NCBI GenBank assembly: GCA_016186795.1
Contig: JACPKY010000002.1
Location: 989,892-1,053,891 of the forward strand
Origin: Candidatus Gottesmanbacteria bacterium
GTDB taxonomy: Bacteria; Patescibacteriota; Microgenomatia; 2-02-FULL-39-11
Reading direction: 5' to 3'
DNA: 64,000 nt
The notes below the pieces were generated by a model. It did not search any database, was not told the origin of the DNA, and was given only the letters and a program-made list of their open reading frames with translations. Positions within the stretch are counted from its first letter, which is position 1. Each line of letters begins with the position of its first letter. Position numbers and translations under genes: made by a program. Positions 8,897 through 18,237 of the stretch are shown here, piece by piece.

Positions 8897-11509
8897 TTAG
8901 TGTTGCGGGACCTGAGGTTCTTCGAAGAAGTTCCGAAAAAACTCAATGAGTCGATCTCGAACCCTTCCGAGGAATGATTCTGAAGGCTCTTGAGAAGTGA
9001 TTGGATGGATCTGACTTGGATGTTTGGCAGCTTGCGGTTGATACGGTTGGGGGAGATGTTCTGCCATGGTAATAGTCAAGTTTAATTTTCCCGATGCAAG
9101 GGCTCTTTCCAGATCTTTTTTGGATGCAATACCAAACGGTGCAAGATGTTCTCTATAGAATGCTTCGAGTTTCTGCTGATTGAAGTGGTCTGACGCATTT
9201 TGTCCCTCCCTTCGCCTCCAAGCGGCATTAATTTGATTGATCGTATAGATATTTTCGGCAACGATTGGTAACCGGATGCGGTTTGCAGCAAGAGCTTGTG
9301 CAAAGATTCCTACAGCACTTCTTATCTCAACGGGAACCTGCTCTTTTTGTTCAAGTTCGTAGGAAACTCTTCCGGAGAGTACGACTTGAATATTTTGGAT
9401 GACTGCATCGGGTTCCTCATCGTATCTGGCAAGGAGAGGAACCCTTTTTATATATTCCGGAGCAAGCTCTTCAATCGTATGCAAATCGACCTGGTGCACC
9501 TGTTGGGCTACATCTTGGTCGTTTTCATCGCCAACAAGAATGATTGGAGGAAGAAATCCTTCAAGAGCAGAAGTTTCCTTATCAATTCGTATGCCTTTCA
9601 TATATCCGTCAAGAGCTGCATACATACCATTTTTTTGGAGAACAAAGAGGCGATCCAAAAAGGTTTGCGTGATTGCCCGATGTATCGCTTGAGGATTAGA
9701 GGCAGTCACAAAAGGAATTTTGTTTTCTTGGAAAAATTTCAGAAGGTCATCTCGTATCTCTTCAATATCATCTAACGCATTTTGATTGAGGATTTTCCGG
9801 ATAGGCCACTCGATGTTGTTTTTATTTTTTTGGTACTCTTCCCAAAATGTGAGAATCGTTTGGAAATCTGATTTTGCACCTCGTTGAAACTCTTTCAGAA
9901 GGAGTGCGATTTCTTCTTTACTTCCAGTAAAAAGCGGTTTTGCTCTGGTTGCACTCAGATATGCCGCAATAGTTATTGCTTCTCCTATACACTTATTTTC
10001 AATCCCTTTTGCAACCAGATACGCATACCGGGGTTCAATGCCCATTTCAACCATTAAATCTCCTAAAGGAGTGAGTCGTTCCTGGGAATCAAGAGCCCCC
10101 CATTTTTTTAACATTCGTATGGCGTATGCGAGATTTTGTTCAGGAGGTCTGGCCATGAGTTTAATATCATCGAGGGAACTGATGCCATACTTTTTCAGTC
10201 GCATCACAAACGACATAGGATTTTTTCTTTCTATCTCTGAAACTTTTGCCTGCGGACGAGATTCAAAATTATCCTCGTTAAAGAGTGCAAAATAGTCTCC
10301 TTCCCTGACTCGTCCTGCGCGTCCCATTCTCTGAAGGAGTGAATTTTTGGAACAAGGAACAAGCTTTATTCGTTCAATTCCAGTCGATGGGTTGAACTCA
10401 GTCTGCCGTACCAGTCCGGAATCAATCACAAACTGGAGATTTTTCAGAGTCAGACCGGTTTCTGCAACATCAGTTGCGATGAGAATGGTTCTCTCCTCTG
10501 ATCCAGATAGAGCCTCATTGAGTTTTTCCTCGGAGAGCTGGGAATGGTAGGGGATGATTTTCAATGCAAAGCTTCCGGAATCATCTGCGATACCAGCTTC
10601 TTTTAACTGTCGAAGAGCAACTTCTTCTCCAAGCTCTTGAATCAGCTCGTTTTTGATTCTTTCAAATTCATCAATGATCGCCTTTTCTGTTGCCCGAATT
10701 TCTGCTTTCCCCGGCATGAAGGTGAGAATGTTTCCGCGTTCTTTTTTCCTTTCTTCATGACGGAGAATTTGAGAAAATAACGTCTCTGCTGCTTTTCTGG
10801 CCATGTCTTTCGGCTTTACATACTCTTTCTCTTTTAAAAAATGTGGTTCTACATGAAACATTCTTCCTTCAACAGGGACAACTTCTGAATTGGGAAAATA
10901 TTGTTTCAACGCCTCCAAGTTATTCGGAGTTGCAGTCATGGCAATCAGTTTTAAGGGGTTTGCGCCAGGGGTTTTTCTTCGTTTCTCCTGGACTTTTAAA
11001 AGAATTCCACCAAGAGCATTCAGGTCTTCAGTTTCTCCTTGAATTTCATCAAGAGCAACGTAGTCAAATCCAGAAAGAGTTGGGTTATGGAGGAGTATGC
11101 TCAAAAGAGTTCCTTCGGTCATAAACGTCATCTGAGCCTTATCAGATAGTCCTCTACCTGATCCACGATATTGGTAGGCGACTTCATCGCCAAGTCTTGT
11201 TCCACGAATTTGAGCAACAAATCTGGCGAGTCCTTCTGTGACTTTCCGTTTTGGCTCTGTAGTAATTCCGCGCCCTGGGACAATGAAGGGTATTGCTGTG
11301 GTTTTTCCTGATCCTGTTCCTCCTATGACAATGATACAGTCTTTATTTCCGTATGCTGCAAGAATATCTTCCCTGTGACCCCAGACCGGCGTACTTTCCA
11401 TTTTCTGCCTAGGAGATAGTCGGCGTTCTAATCTTCTCGCAGGTGATGTTTCCAGATCAGGATCTTGATTTACTGGAGAGTAATCTTCTCTATCCCGTTC
11501 AATTATCAT
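8897..11509 (-). CDS. HrpA/HrpB-like SF2 RNA helicase, divergent
   Basis: GTGSGKTT; MTEGTLL; LDEIQ; TAT; FMPGKAEI; ATDVAETGLT; QRMGRAGR; HA2-like region. Confidence 0.85.
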   Translation of the reverse strand: MIIERDREDYSPVNQDPDLETSPARRLERRLSPRQKMESTPVWGHREDILAAYGNKDCIIVIGGTGSGKTTAIPFIVPGRGITTEPKRKVTEGLARFVAQIRGTRLGDEVAYQYRGSGRGLSDKAQMTFMTEGTLLSILLHNPTLSGFDYVALDEIQGETEDLNALGGILLKVQEKRRKTPGANPLKLIAMTATPNNLEALKQYFPNSEVVPVEGRMFHVEPHFLKEKEYVKPKDMARKAAETLFSQILRHEERKKERGNILTFMPGKAEIRATEKAIIDEFERIKNELIQELGEEVALRQLKEAGIADDSGSFALKIIPYHSQLSEEKLNEALSGSEERTILIATDVAETGLTLKNLQFVIDSGLVRQTEFNPSTGIERIKLVPCSKNSLLQRMGRAGRVREGDYFALFNEDNFESRPQAKVSEIERKNPMSFVMRLKKYGISSLDDIKLMARPPEQNLAYAIRMLKKWGALDSQERLTPLGDLMVEMGIEPRYAYLVAKGIENKCIGEAITIAAYLSATRAKPLFTGSKEEIALLLKEFQRGAKSDFQTILTFWEEYQKNKNNIEWPIRKILNQNALDDIEEIRDDLLKFFQENKIPFVTASNPQAIHRAITQTFLDRLFVLQKNGMYAALDGYMKGIRIDKETSALEGFLPPIILVGDENDQDVAQQVHQVDLHTIEELAPEYIKRVPLLARYDEEPDAVIQNIQVVLSGRVSYELEQKEQVPVEIRSAVGIFAQALAANRIRLPIVAENIYTINQINAAWRRREGQNASDHFNQQKLEAFYREHLAPFGIASKKDLERALASGKLNLTITMAEHLPQPYQPQAAKHPSQIHPITSQEPSESFLGRVRDRLIEFFRNFFEEPQVPQH

Positions 11510-11611
11510 AGTGTAAATGTATTGTATCTTTGTTTTTAGAGAAAAGCACGAATTGTGGAGTTGATCAGCGTCATTTGACATATGTGGTATGATAGAAAAA
11601 ATTAAATAAAA

Positions 11612-11861
11612 GCGTTGATCCGGCAGGTTGGAGCCGGGTCGTCCCGATAAAATCGGGACACGCTGCACAAAAGTATGTGACGGAGGCGAAACCGTTAAAG
11701 AAAGCAACGAGTGTCGTAAACAAAACGGAGCTCGTCTGAAATAAGGTTTCCTTATAAGACGTCCCGATTGTATCGGGATTTTTTATAGGCGATAAAACAA
11801 GGTGGCACCACGGTATTAACCGTCCTTGATCCCGATTCAATCGGGAGAGAGGACTTTTTTT
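11612..11861 (+). promoter_or_regulatory. Trp T-box riboswitch leader of the trp operon
   Basis: Antiterminator CAAGG-TGGCACC-ACGG-tattaa-CCGT-CCTTG (11798-11828); terminator GTCCT..AGGAC+T7 (11822-11861); AGTA at 11672; F-box CCGTTA at 11692; short Stem I with TGG at 11629-11631; extended -10 TGGTATGAT upstream. Confidence 0.88.
11641..11847. repeat. three copies of the TCCCGAT-NNN-ATCGGGA hairpin
   Basis: 11641-11659, 11761-11779, 11829-11847. Confidence 0.85.
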
Positions 11862-13223
11862 ATGGATATTTTTCAAAAAATACATCTTGGCAAGTATCGA
11901 GAGGAAGAAATAGATATTCCACTTTCGGCTTTTGAAGCCTTTAAAAGGCTTTATGGAAATTTTCGCACGATGTTTCTTCTTGAATCTCTCGGTGAAGAGG
12001 GAAAATACAATCGGTACTCCTATGTGGGATTTGATCCAACTTTTCTAATTCATGCCCGAGGGAAAAATCTCACGATCAACGGAAAATCATACGAAGTGAC
12101 AAATCCTTATCGACAACTAAGCACTTTCACAAGATTAAACGATAATGCGCATGATTTCTCCGGAGGATTGGTAGGATATATTTCCTATGAAGGTACTCAA
12201 TATTTTGAAAAAGCATTTACTCCAAAATCAAATAGAGAATTTTCAGATTTCGCATTCGGATTCTATCCCGATGGATTGAAGTTTGATAAGAAAACGAGAC
12301 GGTGCATCTATTTTCATCATGGGCAATCGAGGCGTCGAATGGTTCTTGGTGTTCTCCATGGGTCCGGAGACCTGCAATCATTTTCATTCAAAACATTAGC
12401 ATCTCAATCGAGCCAAAAGCACCATTCTGCCATTGTTGCAAAGGCCAAACAAGAAATAAAAAAAGGGAATATCTTTCAAGTGGTTCTTTCAGTTCGGACG
12501 AATTATCACCTCTTTGGGGATACAAGAAGACTGTATGCAGCGATTAGATCGATTAATCCTTCTCCATACATGTCCTATCTCAAATTTGGTGAGCAAGAAA
12601 TTTTGTCGGCAAGTCCTGAGCTTCTTATACGAGTAAAAGGAAGATATATTGAACATTTTGGGACACTGGCAGGAACAATATCTCGGGGCGAGAGTGAAAA
12701 AGAAGATGAAAAACTAGCAGTACAGCTAAAAGCAGATGAAAAAGAGATGGCAGAGCACATGATGCTTGTCGATTTGGCGCGAAATGATGTAGGGAAAATC
12801 TGCAAATTTGGCAGTATTTCGATAGATAAATTAGCGTCTGTGAAGCCGTATAGTCATGTTCAACATTTGTATTCAGAAATTCGAGGAAGGCTTAGAGAGA
12901 ACGAAACTGTCTTTTCGGCATTAGCTGCATGCTTTCCAGCAGGGACTCTCACCGGTGCCCCAAAAATCGAAGCGATGAAAATTATCAATTCGTTAGAAAG
13001 TGAACCCCGCGGTCCCTATGGTGGAGTTATTGGGTATGCGTCATTAAACGGTGAAGCCATGTTCTCCATAGCCATACGGTCAATTTTTGCCCATGGTCAA
13101 TACGCATATACCCAGACAGGAAGCGGCATAGTTTTGGATTCGAAAGTAACACATGAGTATCAAGAAATAATAAATAAACAAAAAGCAATGGAGGAAGCCC
13201 TGAGACTCGCTCAAGGTGAGTAG
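11862..13223 (+). CDS. trpE: anthranilate synthase component I
   Basis: LLES; NPSPYM; ASPE; EHMMLVDLARND; FPAGTLTGAPK; first gene of the trp operon. Confidence 0.93.
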   Translation: MDIFQKIHLGKYREEEIDIPLSAFEAFKRLYGNFRTMFLLESLGEEGKYNRYSYVGFDPTFLIHARGKNLTINGKSYEVTNPYRQLSTFTRLNDNAHDFSGGLVGYISYEGTQYFEKAFTPKSNREFSDFAFGFYPDGLKFDKKTRRCIYFHHGQSRRRMVLGVLHGSGDLQSFSFKTLASQSSQKHHSAIVAKAKQEIKKGNIFQVVLSVRTNYHLFGDTRRLYAAIRSINPSPYMSYLKFGEQEILSASPELLIRVKGRYIEHFGTLAGTISRGESEKEDEKLAVQLKADEKEMAEHMMLVDLARNDVGKICKFGSISIDKLASVKPYSHVQHLYSEIRGRLRENETVFSALAACFPAGTLTGAPKIEAMKIINSLESEPRGPYGGVIGYASLNGEAMFSIAIRSIFAHGQYAYTQTGSGIVLDSKVTHEYQEIINKQKAMEEALRLAQGE

Positions 13224-13227
13224 TACG

Positions 13228-13806
13228 ATGAAAACTCTTATTATCGATAATTTTGATTCTTTTACCTACAACCTTTATCAATATCTGGGAGAGTTAGGAG
13301 GTAACCCTGACGTTAAACGAAATGATGAGATAAATCTTCAATATATTGAAAAAGGAAGTTTTACTCATCTTGTCATTTCGCCAGGCCCAGGATCACCCGA
13401 TGACGAAAAATATTTCGGTATTTGTAAAGAAGTAATACTTCGTTATGGAAAAAAGATTCCGCTCTTAGGAGTCTGCCTGGGACACCAAGGGATTATTTCC
13501 ACATTTGGCGGAAAAGTTACCCCGGCAAAGAAAATTATGCACGGGAAAAAGAGCAAGATTGTTCATGGTAGAAAGGGAATTTTTCATGGTGTTAAAAATC
13601 CTCTATCTGGTATGAGGTACCATTCCCTTGTCGGAGAGAAAGAATCGATTCCTTCATGTTTGGTTGTTACTGCACACACACAGGATAACGAAACTGTTAT
13701 GGCAGTGCGTCATAGGGCGTTTCCAATATACGGGGTGCAATTTCATCCGGAATCTATCGGAACTGAAGATGGCAAAAAAATTCTGGAAAATTTTCTGAAG
13801 ATGTAA
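13228..13806 (+). CDS. trpG: anthranilate synthase component II (glutamine amidotransferase)
   Basis: IDNFDSFTYNL; SPGPG; GVCLGHQ; QFHPES. Confidence 0.93.
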   Translation: MKTLIIDNFDSFTYNLYQYLGELGGNPDVKRNDEINLQYIEKGSFTHLVISPGPGSPDDEKYFGICKEVILRYGKKIPLLGVCLGHQGIISTFGGKVTPAKKIMHGKKSKIVHGRKGIFHGVKNPLSGMRYHSLVGEKESIPSCLVVTAHTQDNETVMAVRHRAFPIYGVQFHPESIGTEDGKKILENFLKM

Positions 13807-13810
13807 AAAT

Positions 13811-14806
13811 ATGGAGATCAAAACCATCATTTCAAAATTAGTTGAGAAAAAAGATTTAACACTCCTTGAGGCAGAAACTCTTATGGAAGAAATAGTCCGA
13901 GGAGAGGTACCATTCTCGCAAATCGCGTCAATTTTAACAGCGTTACATATGAAAGGGGAAAGTACTCAAGAAATTCTTGGATTTATAAAAGTTTTGAGGA
14001 AACATATGGTAACGGTCAAAACCGATGGAGTTGTCATCGATACCTGTGGAACGGGTGGGGACGGGTCTGGTACGTTTAATATCTCAACTGTCGTGGCATT
14101 CGTGGTCGCAGGAGCAGGAGTTGCAGTTGCCAAGCATGGGAATAGGTCAGCAAGTAGTCTATGCGGTAGCGCTGATGTCCTGGAAGCCTTAGGAGTTAAT
14201 ATTAATCGCACACCAGAACAGGCGGAGAAACTTCTTCAAGAGACGAATTTCACTTTTCTCTTTGCTCCTTTGTATCATCCGGCAATGAAGCATGTTGTAC
14301 CAGTACGGAAAGAGTTAGGAATACGGACAGTTTTCAATTTTCTTGGCCCATTTTTAAACCCTGCAAGTGTAAAAAAACAGATTGTCGGAGTGCCGAATAA
14401 AAATGTAGCAGAAAAATTAGCAAATGTTGCAATGTATATGGACTACGAACATCTTTTAATAGTCACAAGTTCCGATGGACTCGATGAAATAGGCACATAT
14501 GGGCAGACGTATGGATATGAGATTTGCGGAAAAACGATAAAGAAAATAATCATAAATCCCCAAACATTTGGTATTCCCAAGTCGAGTAAGCGAGCACTGG
14601 AAGGAGGGACAGCCAGTGAGAATGCAAAAATTATTCTCGATATTTTAAGAGGGGAAAAAAGTCCAAAACGAGATATCGTTATTCTCAATAGCGCCTTTGC
14701 TCTATGTATCTCCGGGAAGGTTGGGACTGTTGATGATGGTATTCGGCTGGCGTCTCAGTCAATAGACCTGGGGAAAGCCAAAGAAGTATTGGAGGAATCT
14801 ATATGA
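13811..14806 (+). CDS. trpD: anthranilate phosphoribosyltransferase
   Basis: DTCGTGGDG..FNIST; KHGNRS; GSADVLE; DGLDEI. Confidence 0.95.
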   Translation: MEIKTIISKLVEKKDLTLLEAETLMEEIVRGEVPFSQIASILTALHMKGESTQEILGFIKVLRKHMVTVKTDGVVIDTCGTGGDGSGTFNISTVVAFVVAGAGVAVAKHGNRSASSLCGSADVLEALGVNINRTPEQAEKLLQETNFTFLFAPLYHPAMKHVVPVRKELGIRTVFNFLGPFLNPASVKKQIVGVPNKNVAEKLANVAMYMDYEHLLIVTSSDGLDEIGTYGQTYGYEICGKTIKKIIINPQTFGIPKSSKRALEGGTASENAKIILDILRGEKSPKRDIVILNSAFALCISGKVGTVDDGIRLASQSIDLGKAKEVLEESI

Positions 14807-15699
14807 AGATCACTTTGCAGGATATTATTCAAAATAAAAAGAGAGAGATCGGGAGAAAGCAACGTAGGTTTGATAAGGTTCAGGGTTTGTCGACACTTCT
14901 GCATGACGTTCGGCAACCTTATAAATACCCTCAAGGAACTCTCTCATCCTCACTAAATGAGCATCGACCGCCCAACTTTTTCTCTTCGTATATTCAACTC
15001 GCAGGTCGACGCTCAGTTCATGCACAAATGGACAAACCCTTCACCTCCAAACAAAATCTTGAGGATATTGCTCTCATCGCAGAGATCAAAATTGCATCTC
15101 CTACATCCGGAAGACTCGGAAATCTTGCCGATGTAAAAGAAAAAGTTTCATCGTACGAACTTGGAGGAGCGGACTCTCTGTCAGTTGTGGTTGACAAAAA
15201 ATATTTTGGGGGTAGTTTTGCGCTTCTTCAAAAAGTGAGATCATTTTCACAACTTCCTATCCTTTCAAAAGATTTTGTCATTGATAAATACCAAGTGTAT
15301 GAAGCTAAGTTTCATGGTGCAGATGCAGTACTTTTGATAGCAAAAATTGTATCCCAGGATAAATTAAAAATGTTAGTCAAACTGGTAAGAGAGTTGGAAA
15401 TGGAGCCTGTGGTTGAGGTGAATTCACTTGAAGAACTACGGCGTGTGTTAAGAGTAAATACCAGAATTATTGCTGTGAATGCGCGAAACCTTGATGATTT
15501 TTCTCTTGATCTTGATAAAGCATGTAGAATACTTAAAAGGATTCCGCAAAATATGGTAGCACTTGCATTCTCCGGAGTGTCTTCCCGAAATGAAATTGTG
15601 AAATACAAAGACGCAGGAGCAAAAGGAGTCTTAGTAGGAACGACTCTTATGAAATCAAAAGATCCGGCAAAAGTTATAAAGGAGTTAAAGGGTTTATGA
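14803..15699 (+). CDS. trpC: indole-3-glycerol phosphate synthase with ~53-aa in-frame insertion
   Basis: IAEIKIASPTSG; LSKDFVID; GADAVLLI; VNARNL; LVGTTLM. Confidence 0.9.
   Translation: MKITLQDIIQNKKREIGRKQRRFDKVQGLSTLLHDVRQPYKYPQGTLSSSLNEHRPPNFFSSYIQLAGRRSVHAQMDKPFTSKQNLEDIALIAEIKIASPTSGRLGNLADVKEKVSSYELGGADSLSVVVDKKYFGGSFALLQKVRSFSQLPILSKDFVIDKYQVYEAKFHGADAVLLIAKIVSQDKLKMLVKLVRELEMEPVVEVNSLEELRRVLRVNTRIIAVNARNLDDFSLDLDKACRILKRIPQNMVALAFSGVSSRNEIVKYKDAGAKGVLVGTTLMKSKDPAKVIKELKGL
14882..15040. mobile_element. 159-bp palindromic MITE-like element in frame in trpC
   Basis: Terminal IR AGGGTTTGTC/GACAAACCCT; inner IRs TGCATGA/TCATGCA and TGAGCATCGACC/GGTCGACGCTCA; 53 codons long. Confidence 0.72.
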
Positions 15700-16310
15700 A
15701 TACGAAAGCAAAAATTTGCGGTATAAGAACTATTGAAGCAGCCTTAGGCTGTGTGAAATTTGGTGCGGATTTTTTAGGTTTCAATTTTGTCTCAACATCA
15801 AGACGATTTATTCCTCCTCTGAAAGCCAGAGAGATCATTGAAGAATTGCCAAAAGAGATAAAAATTGTCGGTGTTTTTCAAAATGAATCGATGGAAGAAA
15901 TAAAAAAGGCTGTTGGCCTTTTACGACTTGATTTTGTACAACTTCATGGCAGGGAGGGGCGGGAGTACTCTTCACTTACGCAATATGCCGGGGTTATAAA
16001 AGCGTTTTCACTGGGTAGCGATTTTGATTCAACAAAACTTCTTGAGGAAATGGAAACGTATAATGTCGATTATTTTCTCCTTGATAGAAACGTTCAGGGG
16101 GAGGGAGTGCAACTTAACCTCCAGCGTGTAAAAGAGGTAACTGTTCATTACCCCATTTTCCTTGCAGGTGGGTTAACTTCCAAAAACATAGATATCATTG
16201 CACACGTTGCCCAACCGTATGCAGTAGATATCGCAGGTGGTGTCGAAACATATGGTGAAACTGATTTAGACAAGGTGAAAGAGGTTATTGGAAGGATAAA
16301 ACATGAATAG
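15696..16310 (+). CDS. trpF: phosphoribosylanthranilate isomerase
   Basis: KICGI; GADFLGF; VQLHG; LAGGL; DIAGGVE. Confidence 0.93.
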   Translation: MNTKAKICGIRTIEAALGCVKFGADFLGFNFVSTSRRFIPPLKAREIIEELPKEIKIVGVFQNESMEEIKKAVGLLRLDFVQLHGREGREYSSLTQYAGVIKAFSLGSDFDSTKLLEEMETYNVDYFLLDRNVQGEGVQLNLQRVKEVTVHYPIFLAGGLTSKNIDIIAHVAQPYAVDIAGGVETYGETDLDKVKEVIGRIKHE

Positions 16311-17472
16311 AAGAGGGTATTTTGGTAAGTACGGAGGACAATTTGTACCGGAGTTTTTGTATCCGGCGCTTACTCAGTTGGAAAAAGTGTTTTGGGAGGC
16401 AAAAGAGGATAAGGAATTTCTAGAAGAATATGATCGATTACTTGCTGAGTATGCAGGGAGACCAACTCCGTTGTATTTTGCCCAAAATACTTCAAAGCTT
16501 ATGGGCTGCCGCGTTTATTTCAAGCGTGAAGATTTGGTCAGTGGCGGTTCTCATAAGTTAAATAATGCGTTAGGACAAGCACTCTTGACAAAATACATGG
16601 GGAAGAAACAAATAATTACAGAAACAGCTGCAGGTATGCATGGGGTGGCGACAAGTATGGCCGCCAATGTTATTGGCCTTTCCTGCAATGTCTTTATGGG
16701 AGTAAAAGATATTGAACGACAAAAAATCAATGCGGAGAAGATAAAGCTTTTAGGAGGAAATGTTATTGCAGTTACGCGGGGAAGCGGAGTGTTAAAAGAT
16801 GCGGTTTCCGAGGCGCTCGTATCTTGGATTCGAGATCTGCCAACGACACATTATCTTATTGGTTCTGCAGTTGGGCCTCATCCATATCCTACGATTGTTG
16901 CTTTTTTTCAAAAAATGATTGGGGACGAGGCAAGAAAACAGATTCTTAAAAAAACGGGAAAGCTTCCAAAGACAATTATTGCCTGTGGATCTGGAGGAAG
17001 TAATGCTCTTGGTATATATCAGGCGTTTGTAAAGGATAAAGACGTAGAGTTGGTATTTGTCGAGGGTGGAGGAACAAGTTTGAAAGGCACACATCATGCT
17101 GCAGCATTTAAAGAAGGATCGGTAGGTATCTTTCAAGGAGCCAAAACATATCTTGTTCAAGATGACTATGGTATGGATAGGAAAACAGAGTCTCGTAGCG
17201 CTGGTCTTAATTACCCGGCCCGGGGTCCGCAACTTTCCTATCTCTATAAGATGGGAAGACTGAAAGCATGTGTTGCATCTGACAAAGAAGTTCTTGAAGC
17301 ATTTGAGAAAATGGGGAAACTAGAAGGGCTTCTTCCTGCGTTTGAAACATGTCATGCAATCGCTGAGCTTATCAAACGAAGAGGGAAATATAAAAAAGAT
17401 GATATTGTTCTATTAAATTTCTCAGGGCGTGGAGATAAGGATATTGATACAGCAATCAAGTTGAGAATATGA
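16303..17472 (+). CDS. trpB: tryptophan synthase beta subunit
   Basis: GKYGGQFVPE; GRPTPLY; KREDL..GSHKLNN (PLP Lys); GPHPYP; SGRGDKD. Confidence 0.93.
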   Translation: MNRRGYFGKYGGQFVPEFLYPALTQLEKVFWEAKEDKEFLEEYDRLLAEYAGRPTPLYFAQNTSKLMGCRVYFKREDLVSGGSHKLNNALGQALLTKYMGKKQIITETAAGMHGVATSMAANVIGLSCNVFMGVKDIERQKINAEKIKLLGGNVIAVTRGSGVLKDAVSEALVSWIRDLPTTHYLIGSAVGPHPYPTIVAFFQKMIGDEARKQILKKTGKLPKTIIACGSGGSNALGIYQAFVKDKDVELVFVEGGGTSLKGTHHAAAFKEGSVGIFQGAKTYLVQDDYGMDRKTESRSAGLNYPARGPQLSYLYKMGRLKACVASDKEVLEAFEKMGKLEGLLPAFETCHAIAELIKRRGKYKKDDIVLLNFSGRGDKDIDTAIKLRI

Positions 17473-18233
17473 AATGTGTAATGACTCATTTGTACTACGG
17501 CGATCCAACGAAAGAGTTTTCGCAACAGCTTGCTAAAACTCTCGATGGAAGTGGCGCCGATATTCTTGAGATCGGCATTCCCTATACAGATCCGGTCTGC
17601 GATGGAGAAGTTTTTCAAAGGGCATGCAAACGGGCTTTGGAGTCTGGTACAAATCCGTTTGATGTCATCAACGGTATAAAAAAGTTACGAGCGGAAGGAG
17701 TACAAATACCAATCTATCTAACAAGTTACTATGGACCCATCTTTAAGATTGGAATTGAGAAATTTGTAGGACTAATAAACGAGGCTCAAGTAAATGGACT
17801 GATTATTCCGGATTTACTCCTTTCGGAGCAAGATGAATTAAGGACGGTTTGTGACAGATTCAAGATATCACTTATCCAATTTGCAACGGTGTACTCTTCA
17901 ACAGAAAGATTGCGACAGATCGTATCGGCTTCCACTGATTTTATCTACTGTATTTCAATTCCGGGAGTAACAGGAGATATATTTGATCAAAGGAGAAATC
18001 TTCTTTCGCAACTGACGGTTTTGAAAGAACTTACGACCCAAAAAATTCTGGTTGGTTTTGGTATACAAACTGCTCGTGATGCAAGAAAAATCATACGTAT
18101 GGGAGGAGATGGTGTCATTATTGGCAGTGCCATTGCAAAAATGTATGAAGAAAATATTGAATTCCCAAAAAAAAGTTTAGCTAAAATTTCTTCTTTTGTA
18201 AAAGAGATAAAAGGAAGTACAATATACAAATAA
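17469..18233 (+). CDS. trpA: tryptophan synthase alpha subunit (short N-terminus)
   Basis: GDP; LEIGIPYTDPVCDG; IIPDL; GVTG; VGFGI; GVIIGSA. Confidence 0.92.
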   Translation: MKCVMTHLYYGDPTKEFSQQLAKTLDGSGADILEIGIPYTDPVCDGEVFQRACKRALESGTNPFDVINGIKKLRAEGVQIPIYLTSYYGPIFKIGIEKFVGLINEAQVNGLIIPDLLLSEQDELRTVCDRFKISLIQFATVYSSTERLRQIVSASTDFIYCISIPGVTGDIFDQRRNLLSQLTVLKELTTQKILVGFGIQTARDARKIIRMGGDGVIIGSAIAKMYEENIEFPKKSLAKISSFVKEIKGSTIYK

Positions 18234-18237
18234 AACT

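Noticed and set aside
11641-11847. CRISPR-like array from the three palindromic repeats
   Set aside because: Repeats are only 17 bp, spacing is irregular, no cas genes are present, and they lie inside a T-box
11571-11885. 104-aa minus-strand ORF, the upstream helicase extension to 11707, or a Trp leader peptide
   Set aside because: These frames overlap the structured T-box; I found no Trp-codon-rich leader peptide
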